Positions 53,078 through 64,000 of a stretch of DNA of 64,000 nt are shown here, one piece after another (position 1 is the stretch's first letter; the number at the start of each line of letters is the position of its first letter). The stretch covers positions 1-64,000 of the forward strand of contig CAVSGI010000005.1 of assembly GCA_963727445.1 (NCBI GenBank), in the 5' to 3' direction. The translations under genes were made by a program, and so were the position numbers. Under the pieces are notes generated by a model, which was given only the letters and a program-made list of their open reading frames with translations, searched no databases and was not told where the DNA came from. Source of the stretch: an uncultured delta proteobacterium. Its GTDB lineage: Bacteria; Myxococcota_A; Polyangia; Polyangiales; B10-G4.

Positions 53078-54219
53078 TGGACTTTGCGCTGGACGAGACC
53101 CAGCGGATGGTGCGAACGCCGCGCGCGACTTCGCCCAGAAGCGGCTCGCGCCCTCGCGCGGCCGGATCGACGCGAAGGGCAGATCCCGCCCGAGGTCCTG
53201 CGCGAGCTCGCCGAGCTCGGCCTCATGGGCGTGAACGTCCCCGAGGCGTGCTCGGCGGCGCGGAGGCTGGGGTCGTCGCCTACAGCCAGGCCATGATGGA
53301 GATCGCCGGCGGCGTGCGCTTCGACTGCGGTCACGATGGCGGTGACCAACATGGTCGGCGAGGTCATCGCCGCCTTCGGCACCGAAGAGCAGAAGCGCGC
53401 GCACCATTCCCCGGCTCACCGGCGGCGAGACCCTCGGCGCCTTCGCGCTCAGCGAGGTCGGCGGCGGCAGCGATCCTGGCGGCATGCTCACCACCGCGCG
53501 CCGACAAGGCGACGAGTGGGTGATCGACGGCACCAAGCAGTGGATCAGCCACGCGGATGACTTCGGAGGTGATCGTCCTGTGGGCGCGCACGGGCGAGGC
53601 GGGCGCGCAAGGGGCATCAGCTGCTTCCTCGTCGAAGGGCGCCCCGAGGGGCTCGTCATCGCTGGGCACGAGGACAAGATGGGGCTCCGCGGCGAGTCAC
53701 ACCGTGCTCCCTCGTCATCGAGAACCTTCGCCTCCCGGCGGACGCGCTCCTCGGCGAGCTCGGGCGGCGGCTTCAAGATCGCGATGATGGCCCTCGACGG
53801 TGGCCGCATCGGCATCGCCTCGCAGGCGATCGGGATCGCGCGGGCGCGCGCAGGCGGCGGCCGTCACCTACGCCAAGGAGCGGCAGCAGTTCGGCAAGCC
53901 CATCGCCGAGTTTCAGGCCATCCAGTGGATGATCGCCGACTCGGAGACCGAGCTCGCGGCGGCCGAGGCCCTGGTCGCGCGGGCCGCGCTCCTCAAAGAG
54001 CAGGGCGCACGCTTTTCCCGCGAGGCCTCGATGGCCAAGGTGTACGCGACCGAAGCCGCGTGGCGGGTCTGTAACCGCGCGGTGCAGGTCCACGGCGGCT
54101 ACGGCTACACGCGGGAGTTCCCGGTGGAGCGTCATCTGAGCGACGTGCGGGTCACGCAGATCTACGAAGGGACCAGCGAGGTCCAGCGGATCGTCATCAG
54201 CCGTCACGCGCTGAGGTAG
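53077..54219 (+). CDS. Acyl-CoA dehydrogenase (second paralog; many frameshifts)
   Basis: [56 protein letters not shown]. Confidence 0.9.
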
Positions 54220-55026
54220 ATGCGGCGCTCGGCGCTCGGGCTCGCGTTGCTCTCCCTCGTCGTCGCATGCGGCGACGACGCGGCGCCGCCGACGCCGCCG
54301 GTGACCACCGGCAGCGCAGAGAACGAGAGCGAGGCTCCGCCGCCCGATCCCGATCCCCCCTTCGACTTCCGTCGCGCCGTCCTGTGGCCGGAGCGGCATC
54401 ACGACGAGCTCCGCACCTGCATCGTGGCGTCGCTCGCCGATGCACCCGAAGCGGATCCCAACGACCCGGACGAGGCCGTGGCGCGGAGGCAGAACGTGCG
54501 CTGCGTCGTCGACGGACACGTCTACGAGGTGCGGGTCCTCTTGCCCGAGGCTCAGCGCGCGCTCTCGCTCGCGCCGCCCGAATCTCCTCGAGAGGCGCGG
54601 CGCCTCTCCCTTCGCATCCTCGGGCTCGACGCGGCGGGGCGGCGGCCCCTCACCCGACTCGAGGCCTCGTCGATCATACCCCAGGACCTCACGCCGATCC
54701 GCCCGCCCGCGCCTGCGCGTCCCGGTTTCGACTTCTCCCGCACCGCGACCGACGCGTCCCTCCTCGGCACGCGGCAGGCGTGCGCGATCCGTGCGGCGAG
54801 CTACGTCGAGCGCCTCCCGCCCGAACGCCGGCCGTCCCCAGACGCGGTCGTGAGCATCCCTGCGACCTGCGCGCACGAGGGCGGCGCCGCGAACGCCGAG
54901 CTCCTTTTCACCGAGGACACCCTCGACGCCGCGCTCCTCGTCGCGCCTGGTGCCACCGCCTATGGGACCCTCGAATCCCCACGGCACCTCCGCGTGAGTC
55001 ATGTCACGCCCAGCGTCCGTCGCTAG
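54220..55026 (+). CDS. Hypothetical lipoprotein
   Basis: LVVACGDD lipobox; abuts the upstream stop. Confidence 0.6.
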   Translation: MRRSALGLALLSLVVACGDDAAPPTPPVTTGSAENESEAPPPDPDPPFDFRRAVLWPERHHDELRTCIVASLADAPEADPNDPDEAVARRQNVRCVVDGHVYEVRVLLPEAQRALSLAPPESPREARRLSLRILGLDAAGRRPLTRLEASSIIPQDLTPIRPPAPARPGFDFSRTATDASLLGTRQACAIRAASYVERLPPERRPSPDAVVSIPATCAHEGGAANAELLFTEDTLDAALLVAPGATAYGTLESPRHLRVSHVTPSVRR

Positions 55027-55068
55027 CCGTCTGGCGCGGACAGCCCTCATTGCTATGCTCATTCGTTC

Positions 55069-55380
55069 ATGGGCAAGGCCAAGCGACAGGCGAAGAAGGA
55101 CCGCAAGAAGAACAAAGAGCTCGCGGAACAGGAGCGCCGGGCGATCGAGGCCCGCATCAAGCGGGGGCGCATGATCAACGCCGCCATCCCTTTGATCTTC
55201 CTGGCCCTCGCCGCCGGCGCCTATTGGGGCCTCGGCAATCCGAGCCTCGCCGGGGCGACGCTCCTCGGTGGTGCGCTGATCTGGCTCATGGTGGGGCTCG
55301 GCTTCATCGGCTCGCAGGTCTCGCCGCGCGATCGTGACCGCGCCGGTTCGATCGACTTCGGCAACAGCCGCCGGCGCTGA
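55069..55380 (+). CDS. Small hypothetical membrane protein
   Basis: Basic N-terminus, two TM helices. Confidence 0.75.
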   Translation: MGKAKRQAKKDRKKNKELAEQERRAIEARIKRGRMINAAIPLIFLALAAGAYWGLGNPSLAGATLLGGALIWLMVGLGFIGSQVSPRDRDRAGSIDFGNSRRR

Positions 55381-55391
55381 GGACCGCTTCC

Positions 55392-55905
55392 ATGGCAGAG
55401 ACGGACGAGCGCTGGGATGCGGTCGAGGAAGGCGTCGAGCTCTTGCGCGAGGGCTCGGTGGACGATGCCATCGCCGAGCTGACGGCGGTGATCGCGCGCG
55501 ACCCCGACAACGAGTACGCCTATCACTACCTCGGCGCTGCCTACTTCGAGCGGCAGGAGCTGGAGCGTTCGCTGAAGGCCTACCTGACGGCGATCGAGAA
55601 GAGCCCGGGCTACCTCGGCGCGATGGTCGGCGCCGGTCACACGCTGCGTCTGATGGGCGAGCTCGAGCGCGCGATCCGCATGGGCAAGCAGGCGTTGGTG
55701 AAGCGCAAGGAAGACCAGGACGCGCTCTACCTCCTCGGCCTCGCGCACTATCAACGCGGTGACAAGGCCGCTGCTGCCGACTATCTCGAGCGCTTCATCC
55801 TCACGAATCCCGAGATGGAGCCCAGGACCGAGGCTCAGGGGCTGTTGCAGGTCCTCCGTGGCGAGGTGCTACCTTTGAACACGGAAGGGCCCCAGGATTC
55901 GATCC

Positions 55906-55913
<8 letters not shown>
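55392..55913 (+). CDS. TPR protein
   Basis: [23 protein letters not shown] motifs. Confidence 0.85.
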
Positions 55914-57637
<1,724 letters not shown>

Positions 57638-57643
57638 GCCGCT

Positions 57644-58865
57644 TCATGGCGGGCGGGCGCGCTCGGCGCGCGAACCCGTGATCCGGGACACGGGAACGAG
57701 GAGCGCCAGATACGCGACGCTGATCGCCGCGGCGCCGCCGAAGACCCCGCCGTAGCCCCAGGCGTCGGCGATGGCGCCCGAAGCCCAGGCGCCGGGGGAC
57801 TTGCCGAAGACCTCCACGACGGCGAGCGCCGTGTAGTGGGTGCCGCCGATGCGCTTGTCGACCTGGCTCATCATGAAGGCGAACATCGCCGTGGTGAGCG
57901 CCCCGCCGAAGAAGTGCTCGGCGCAGGTCACGGCGATCACCTGGGACGCGGTGGGCTCCTGGTAGACGAGCCAGAGCTCCCCGAAGACCGGGACGGCGCG
58001 GAGCACGGCGGCGATGCCGATGGCGCGCACGAGCGGCGCCCGGCTCGCCAGGATGCCGCCGGCGAAGGAGCCCGCGACGGAGAAGACCATCCCCCAGGTG
58101 CCGACCCAGAGGCCGATCTCGATCGGGGCCGAAGCCGCGGTCGACGAGGAAGGGCTTGAACATCGCGTCCGCCATCGCTTCGCCGAGCTTGTAGGTGGCG
58201 ATGAAGGCCAGCGCCCAGAGCGCGCCCGGCTTCTTCAGCCAGCGGACGAGAGCCTGACCCACCTCGCGGAGCGCCGGGGCTTCCATCACGGTCGACGCGG
58301 GCTCGCGAAAGGGGAGGGTGGCGAGGAGGACCACCAGGGTGAGGGCGGCCATCACGGCGAAGACGCCGGCGTAGCCGACGGTGGCGCTCGCCCAGAGCAG
58401 CAGCCCGCCGCCGGTGAGCATGCCGAGCTTGTAGCCGACGACCTGGGCGATGTTGCCGAGGCCGAGCTCCTGGGCGGAGAGGAGCGAGACGGCGAGCCCG
58501 TCCACCGCGATGTCCATCGTCGCGGCGAAGAGGTTCATCAGGAGCACGAGGACCAGGAGCAGGCTGAGATCGCGATCCGGCGTCAGGAGCGCAGCCGCCC
58601 CCGCCGAGAGCGCCAACAGGATCTGCATCGGGACGATCCAGCTGCGCCTTCGCCCCCAGCGGGCCGAGCCGTAGCGGTCGACGGCGGGCGCCCAGAGGAT
58701 CTTGAGCATCCACGGTAGGGCCAATGCGCTGGCCAGGCCGATCCCCGTGAGCGAGACGCCCTGTTCACGGAGCAGCACGGGCAGGGCCGTCGCCTGGAAG
58801 CCGAAGGGCAGGCCCTGGACGAAATAGAGCAGCGACAGCCAGTAGAGTTTCGGTCCCCGCTCCAT
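57644..58865 (-). CDS. MFS transporter, AmpG/RhtX-like (frameshift ~58125)
   Basis: [40 protein letters not shown]. Confidence 0.88.
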
Positions 58866-58898
58866 TGCCCGCTACACTAGCGCGCCGTGAGACAGGAG

Positions 58899-59606
58899 AT
58901 GGAAGAAGCGTTCGAGGTCGTCATCGGCGGCTTCGGGGAGGCGCGGGTGATGCTCACCTGCGAGCACGCGAGCGAGCGCTTCCCCCCGGGCTTTCGCTGG
59001 CACCCCGAGGATGTTTGGCTGCGAGGCACCCACTGGTCCCACGACATCGGCGCCGCCAACTTCACGCGCGAGCTCGCCGACCGTTGGGGCGCGACGGGCG
59101 TCCTGAGCCGCTTCAGCCGGTTGCTCGCGGACCCCAACCGACCCGAGGGCCATCCCGACCTCTTCCGCACGACGGCCGAAGGGCGGCCGATTCGCATGAA
59201 CCAGGACCTGTCCCCCGAGGAGCAGGAGCGCCGCCTCGACGCCCTGCATCGCGCTTACCACGGCGAGGTCCATCGACGGATCGAGAAGTCGCCCGCGGAG
59301 ATCCTCTTCGCCATCCACTCGTACACGCCCGTCTACGAGGGCGAGCGGCGGGCGCTCGAGGTCGGGGTGCTCTTCGACATCGAGGAGGACCTGGCCCGCC
59401 ACGTGATGGCCCGCATCGCCCGCCTCGGCGTCCACACCGCTCTCAACGAGCCCTATTCGGGCAAGGAGGGGCTCATCTATTCGGCAGACCGTCACGCCCG
59501 GCAGAACGCCAAGCAGGCCGTCGAGATCGAAGTGCGCCAGGACCTCCTCGTCGATCCCGCTTTTCGCGAGCGGCTCGCGGACGCGCTCACCGACGCGTTC
59601 TTCTAG
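58899..59606 (+). CDS. N-formylglutamate amidohydrolase family protein
   Basis: TCEHAS, DIGA, SRLLADPNR, IHSYTP, NEPY, EIEVRQDL. Confidence 0.9.
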   Translation: MEEAFEVVIGGFGEARVMLTCEHASERFPPGFRWHPEDVWLRGTHWSHDIGAANFTRELADRWGATGVLSRFSRLLADPNRPEGHPDLFRTTAEGRPIRMNQDLSPEEQERRLDALHRAYHGEVHRRIEKSPAEILFAIHSYTPVYEGERRALEVGVLFDIEEDLARHVMARIARLGVHTALNEPYSGKEGLIYSADRHARQNAKQAVEIEVRQDLLVDPAFRERLADALTDAFF

Positions 59607-59856
59607 CCGCCCTCCGCCGTTCCAAGGCCAAATGGGCCTGAGTCCTCCCCCTGGGCCCATCCGCTAGCTGGTGGCGGTATCCCCGATGATCCCTGGTTTT
59701 GGGACGCGTGGGGGGGCGACGGATCGCCCCCTCGCAGCTGGGTCCCCCGGCATGTCTCGGCGAAGTCCGGGCTTTTTGATCGACGTCGGAAAAAGGTCGC
59801 CGAGCGCTGGGCAAATCCCTTCGCGCCCGATCGCTCACGTGCGAGGTTCCACCTCG

Positions 59857-60261
59857 ATGTCGACCGACGATACGCGGAGTGGGGCGCGGACAGTTCTGAT
59901 CGTCGACGACGATCCGGACATTCGCCGTGCCCTCGCCCGCATCCTGAAGAGTGAGGGCCATTCGGTCCTCCAAGCCGAAGACGGTCATAGCGCCGTCACC
60001 CAGACCCTGAGCCATCGCCCGGCGCTCCTGGTCATCGACTACATGATGCCGGGCATGGACGGGGAGATGGTGCTCGATGCGCTCCGGCGCGAGCTCCACG
60101 ACGACACGCCGCCGGCGGTCCTGATGACCGCTTGCGGCTTTCAACAAGAGCGCGCCGCCGAGATCGGCGCCGTCCACGGGCTGCAAAAGCCCTTTCGGGT
60201 CCCCGAGCTCCTGCGGCTCGTGGACCACTACCTGAACGACAGACTCGACAAGGCCAGCTAG
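59857..60261 (+). CDS. Single-domain response regulator (receiver only)
   Basis: LIVDDD, DYMMPGMDG, QKPF. Confidence 0.9.
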   Translation: MSTDDTRSGARTVLIVDDDPDIRRALARILKSEGHSVLQAEDGHSAVTQTLSHRPALLVIDYMMPGMDGEMVLDALRRELHDDTPPAVLMTACGFQQERAAEIGAVHGLQKPFRVPELLRLVDHYLNDRLDKAS

Positions 60262-60424
60262 GCCGAATCCGTACCGACAGGCTTCCCGGCGCCAGCCGTC
60301 CCGTGGCAGCCGGGGCGACCTCCTAGACGAATCAACCTCCCTGAGACATGCCGGGGAGCCTGTCGGTGCGGATTCACCAGTCCCGAAGTACGAGCCGTTC
60401 GCGCCCGCCTGCTAAGCTGAAGGC

Positions 60425-60823
60425 GTGAAGTCCCTCCTCGCCCCGACGGCCGCGCACCTCTTTGCGCTCCTCCTCGCCGCTTGCGGTGGTGATGACGGCT
60501 CGGGCGTGTGCATGGAGGGCGAGCGCAGCCTGACAATCCTCGAGCCGGCCGACGGCGCGATGTTCACCATGGCCGACGACATCGATCCGTCCTCGCCGAA
60601 CGTTCAGATCCAGGTCACGGTGCAGAGCTGCGGCTTCGAGCCCGACGAGGAGGTCGGCGTCTATCTGCTCGACCCCGTCGAGACGCCCTACGCCTACATC
60701 ACGACGATGACTGGCACCGACTCCTCCATCATCCCGCTGGTCCCCGGCATGCTGCGCATGGAGGCCCGGAGCATGGACGAGACGGTGCGAAGCCCGACGA
60801 TCACGATCGACGTGACGTTCTAG
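60425..60823 (+). CDS. Hypothetical lipoprotein (Ig-like)
   Basis: LLAACGG lipobox; LTILEPADG motif. Confidence 0.7.
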   Translation: MKSLLAPTAAHLFALLLAACGGDDGSGVCMEGERSLTILEPADGAMFTMADDIDPSSPNVQIQVTVQSCGFEPDEEVGVYLLDPVETPYAYITTMTGTDSSIIPLVPGMLRMEARSMDETVRSPTITIDVTF

Positions 60824-60950
60824 CGCCACCGAAGCGAGCAGCGGCGTCGCCGCCGCGGTCGCGACCACCGCGGTGATCGGGGTCAGCGTGTTCGTCCTCT
60901 TCAGGCGTGCCTCCTGGAGACCGTAGCCCAACTTCGCTAGATTGCCGCGC

Positions 60951-62303
60951 ATGTCGACTCAGCAGCCGTACGTCGCGGTCCGCGCAACCGTGCGCTTCAT
61001 GGTTTACGGTCAGAACCCTGCCCAGAGGCAGGAGTTGGAGCTCTGGGTGTTGAAGGTCCCGCCCGAGTGGATCGTGGGCGTATCCCCGGGAGCGAGCTCC
61101 CCCGCGCTCACGCAGCGCTGCGGCGGCGCCGTCTCTGCGCAGTATCAGCGCGAGCAACGAGAGGCCTTCGAACGCGCCAAAGCGACGCTGGCCCAGGGCG
61201 GCGAATTCGACGCGGGCCACTACCGTATGGAGGGCGCGAGCATCTGGCTCATCCACCCGGACGAGCTCGAACGCCGGCCCTGGAAGGGCGCCCACCGCTT
61301 CCTCTTCGTCGTGGACGCCGCGGGCGAGATGCGCCGCGGCACCGAAGCCGATGAGCCCCAGCTGCGCGCGCTCTCCGCGTTCGAAGAGTCTGCATTCGCT
61401 GGTTTTCGCGCCGAGGAGCTGCAGTCGTGGGCGGACTCCGCCCGCGCCTACGAGGAGGCGCGCACTCGAGCGAGAGCCGAGTTCGCTGGCAGCTATAGAG
61501 ACCCCTCGACGTCCGTCAGCTCGCAGGTGGATCCGACACTCCTCGCCGATGTCTACGCCGGCCTGGTTCGCGCCAATGCGAAGATGCGTCGCCTCGAGGA
61601 AGCCGCCGAGCTCGCCGCCGAAGCGGTCTCTGAGCTCGACGCGCTCGGCGCTCCTGCCGACCGTATCGCCATGGTGCACGTCCGCATGGGCGAAGGTCAG
61701 CTGGAAGCGAACAACCCCGCCGAAGCGGCAGAGGCCTACGCACGCGCCATCCCCCTCTTCCCCGATGGAGATCCCCGCATCTTCGATCTCTCGATGGCGG
61801 TGGGCCTCGCCCATCTACGCGTCGGCGACTTCGCCGCCGCCTGTGCGCCCCTACGAACGGCTGTCGATGGCCTCGCCAGGCTCCCTCCGGAGCGCCGCCG
61901 GAGCTTTGGTGAAGCGCAGAACAACCTCGCGCTGGCTCTGGAGCACGAAGGTCAGCTCGAAGACGCCGAGCGCTACGTCCGCGGCGCCATCGAGACGCAC
62001 GGCCAGAGTCCCGGCGCAGAAGGCAAGATACTCGACTCACGAATCACTCTGGCGCGCATCCTCGCCCGCCGCGGCGCGACCGACGAGGCGCGCAGCATTC
62101 TCGCAGCAGCGAAGCCGCGCGTCCTCCCCGGGAGCATCGCCGACGGCCTCGTGAGCTGGGCCTGCGCGCTCGTCGAGGACGTCACCACCGGCGACACCCT
62201 GTCGACCCTCGCGTACATCCAGCGCGCCCAGGAGCTCATCGCAGCAGAGCCGGCGTGGAAGGGCTGGGTCGACGAGGACGCTGCCCGTCTGATGCCCAGC
62301 TGA
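60951..62303 (+). CDS. TPR-containing hypothetical protein
   Basis: C-terminal TPR-like helices (AQNNLALALEHEG). Confidence 0.65.
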   Translation: MSTQQPYVAVRATVRFMVYGQNPAQRQELELWVLKVPPEWIVGVSPGASSPALTQRCGGAVSAQYQREQREAFERAKATLAQGGEFDAGHYRMEGASIWLIHPDELERRPWKGAHRFLFVVDAAGEMRRGTEADEPQLRALSAFEESAFAGFRAEELQSWADSARAYEEARTRARAEFAGSYRDPSTSVSSQVDPTLLADVYAGLVRANAKMRRLEEAAELAAEAVSELDALGAPADRIAMVHVRMGEGQLEANNPAEAAEAYARAIPLFPDGDPRIFDLSMAVGLAHLRVGDFAAACAPLRTAVDGLARLPPERRRSFGEAQNNLALALEHEGQLEDAERYVRGAIETHGQSPGAEGKILDSRITLARILARRGATDEARSILAAAKPRVLPGSIADGLVSWACALVEDVTTGDTLSTLAYIQRAQELIAAEPAWKGWVDEDAARLMPS

Positions 62304-62351
62304 ATGAACGACCACGATTCTGGAACCGTCCCACAATCGTGGTCGTTCATT
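62303..62351. terminator. Long hairpin between convergent genes (possible bidirectional terminator)
   Basis: Perfect 17-bp inverted repeat AATGAACGACCACGATT / AATCGTGGTCGTTCATT. Confidence 0.6.
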
Positions 62352-63550
62352 TAGCGCGCTCCCTGGCCGACCCAGGTGTAGATCACGCGGATCTGCTGGG
62401 TGGTGAGCGGGGGTAGTCCGAGGGGCATCCCGACCGGGCCTTCGTCGCCGGACGAACGGAGCGCGGGCGTCAGTGGGTCGTGCATGGGCGCGACGATGTC
62501 GCGGCGCGCTTCGTCGTGACGCGCGAGGAGGCGGGCGATGAGCGGCGGAACGCCGTCGGGCCCGGGCTCGAGAATCGAGCGGTGCTCGCCACTCGCGGTG
62601 GTGATTCCTGTCTGTACGCCTTCCCATGAGGACAGATCGAGGGAGAAAGCCTCGAAGCCGAGGGCTGCGGTCGCGCCCGCCCCGCTCGCGTGAGAGTGGC
62701 AGTGGATACAGCTCTGGCCGAAGATCGCACGCACCTCGGCGAAGGACACGGGCCTCTCGAGAGGCGTGAGGTCGCCGATGCTCGGCGCTGAAGGCGCGCG
62801 CACGGGGCGTCCGGGCTCGGCGAGCAGGACATAGTCGCGGACAGCCAACGCGTCGTCGGCGCTGATCTCCGGGGTCGGCATGTGCGCGGAGGGAGCGACC
62901 GAGCCGGGATCGGTGATCCACGCGAGCATCGTGTCCGGGCTCATGCGTTCGCGCGCGTAGCGGAGATTCGGCGCCAGCGTGGCGGCATCGCCCAGTCCCA
63001 CGAGGGCGGCGTGGGGCAGCTCGTACTCCGCGGGCACGTTGCCGAAGGCATGGCAGCCCACGCAGCCCGCGTCGGCGAAGACGCGCTCCCCGCGCGCGAA
63101 GCGAGCGCGGCTCGGCGCAGGCGATGGAGGCGCGCGGAATGTCCCTCCCTCCCGCTTCAGGAACGCCACGATGTCCCGCGCGGTCTGGCGATCGATCGGG
63201 AGGCGCGGCATCGACTCCTCGAGGCGGTGTCGAACGTCGTGCGGATCCATCAGAAAGCGAACGAGATACGCCTCGTCGAGGCGACGGGTGACATGGAGCA
63301 GGGAAGGCGTGGCGAGGAGATGAACGACCTCGGGCGAACGTCCGAAGTGCGCCGCCGCGCGGCGCTGAACGTCCTGGTGGCACCCGACACAGCCCCCGTC
63401 GCTACGCTCGGCGACCGCGGGCACGGCGTGGCAGTTGACGCAGCCGAAGCGCTCGACCGCACGCCGGCCGGCCTCGGCGTCCTGGGCACGCGCCGAGGGC
63501 GAAGCGGTGAGGCACGCGGCCACCAGGGCCAGGCCGAACAGGCCTCTCAT
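62351..63550 (-). CDS. Secreted tetraheme c-type cytochrome
   Basis: Signal peptide; CVNCH, CVGCH, CVGCH, CIHCH; MP distal-Met motifs. Confidence 0.88.
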   Translation of the reverse strand: MRGLFGLALVAACLTASPSARAQDAEAGRRAVERFGCVNCHAVPAVAERSDGGCVGCHQDVQRRAAAHFGRSPEVVHLLATPSLLHVTRRLDEAYLVRFLMDPHDVRHRLEESMPRLPIDRQTARDIVAFLKREGGTFRAPPSPAPSRARFARGERVFADAGCVGCHAFGNVPAEYELPHAALVGLGDAATLAPNLRYARERMSPDTMLAWITDPGSVAPSAHMPTPEISADDALAVRDYVLLAEPGRPVRAPSAPSIGDLTPLERPVSFAEVRAIFGQSCIHCHSHASGAGATAALGFEAFSLDLSSWEGVQTGITTASGEHRSILEPGPDGVPPLIARLLARHDEARRDIVAPMHDPLTPALRSSGDEGPVGMPLGLPPLTTQQIRVIYTWVGQGAR

Positions 63551-64000
63551 CACGCGGTCTCGTCGCTGCCGTCTTCGGCGCCTCGTCGCGCGTCCGCCGT
63601 CTCCACCGAAGCATCGATCTGGAAGAGCTCTTCGTAGTAGCGGACGGCGTCCACCTGGTACTCCGAGAGCTCGCCGCGAAGCCGGGCGGTCTCGGCTCGC
63701 CCCTTCTCCCGGGTCTCGGCGTCGCGTCCGGCGGCCGCGAGGACGACGTTGGCGATGTAGCAATGCGTCGCATTCCCGGTCTCGGTCGCGCACTGTGCGT
63801 CGATGAACTGCGTGGCGGCTTCGAGGGCGCGCCGACGGTCGCCCCGCTCGGCGAGGGCCACGGCGAGACCCAGGCGAGCGCCGTTCTCATCGGCGTATTC
63901 GGGCGCTGCGGCGATCGCGCGGCTGAAGTTCACGGCGGCGTGACGGCTGTCGCCCAGGCGCATCTGCGTCTGTCCCAGAAGGATCAAGTACGCGGGACGG
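63550..64000 (-). CDS. TPR protein (partial, continues beyond window)
   Basis: TPR-like helices; stop overlaps the cytochrome start. Confidence 0.65.
   Translation of the reverse strand, partial: RPAYLILLGQTQMRLGDSRHAAVNFSRAIAAAPEYADENGARLGLAVALAERGDRRRALEAATQFIDAQCATETGNATHCYIANVVLAAAGRDAETREKGRAETARLRGELSEYQVDAVRYYEELFQIDASVETADARRGAEDGSDETA

Noticed and set aside
59606..59857. Possible ncRNA in the GC-rich intergenic region
   Set aside because: Only short local hairpins, with no enclosing structure or recognisable motif

Overview
High-GC (roughly 70% by eye) bacterial chromosomal window. It is most consistent with a Myxococcota (Polyangia/Sandaracinaceae-like) genome, judged from the many LxACG lipoproteins, TPR proteins, a Pkn kinase, an AgmX/PglI-type domain and an OmpA-TSP3 protein. 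The backbone is housekeeping: pyrD, corA, mutM, tyrA, dapBA, queA-tgt, purH-purD and rluD. Accessory modules are a TetR/DUF393 triad with a clear operator, a zinc-ribbon protein/Ser-Thr kinase/beta-propeller cluster, a split DUF4331-TPR cluster, a complete MoxR-DUF58-Bat operon, an acyl-CoA dehydrogenase/isobutyryl-CoA-mutase-like region and a tetraheme cytochrome c. The Bat operon ends in a CusRS-like two-component system and is preceded by a cop/cus-box-like palindrome. Non-coding signals include a pstS/pstB deletion scar followed by a 52-bp REP-like tandem repeat, a candidate ~125-nt multibranched structured RNA next to a Uma2 remnant, and a G-rich divergent promoter region. Many conserved genes carry single-base frameshifts, clustered at ~27.9-28.5 kb, ~44.2-44.9 kb and ~51.3-53.9 kb. 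These most likely reflect sequencing/assembly indels, so gene boundaries there are reconstructed across frames. No rRNA, tRNA, CRISPR array or intact transposase was recognised. All family assignments come from motif recognition, not database searches.
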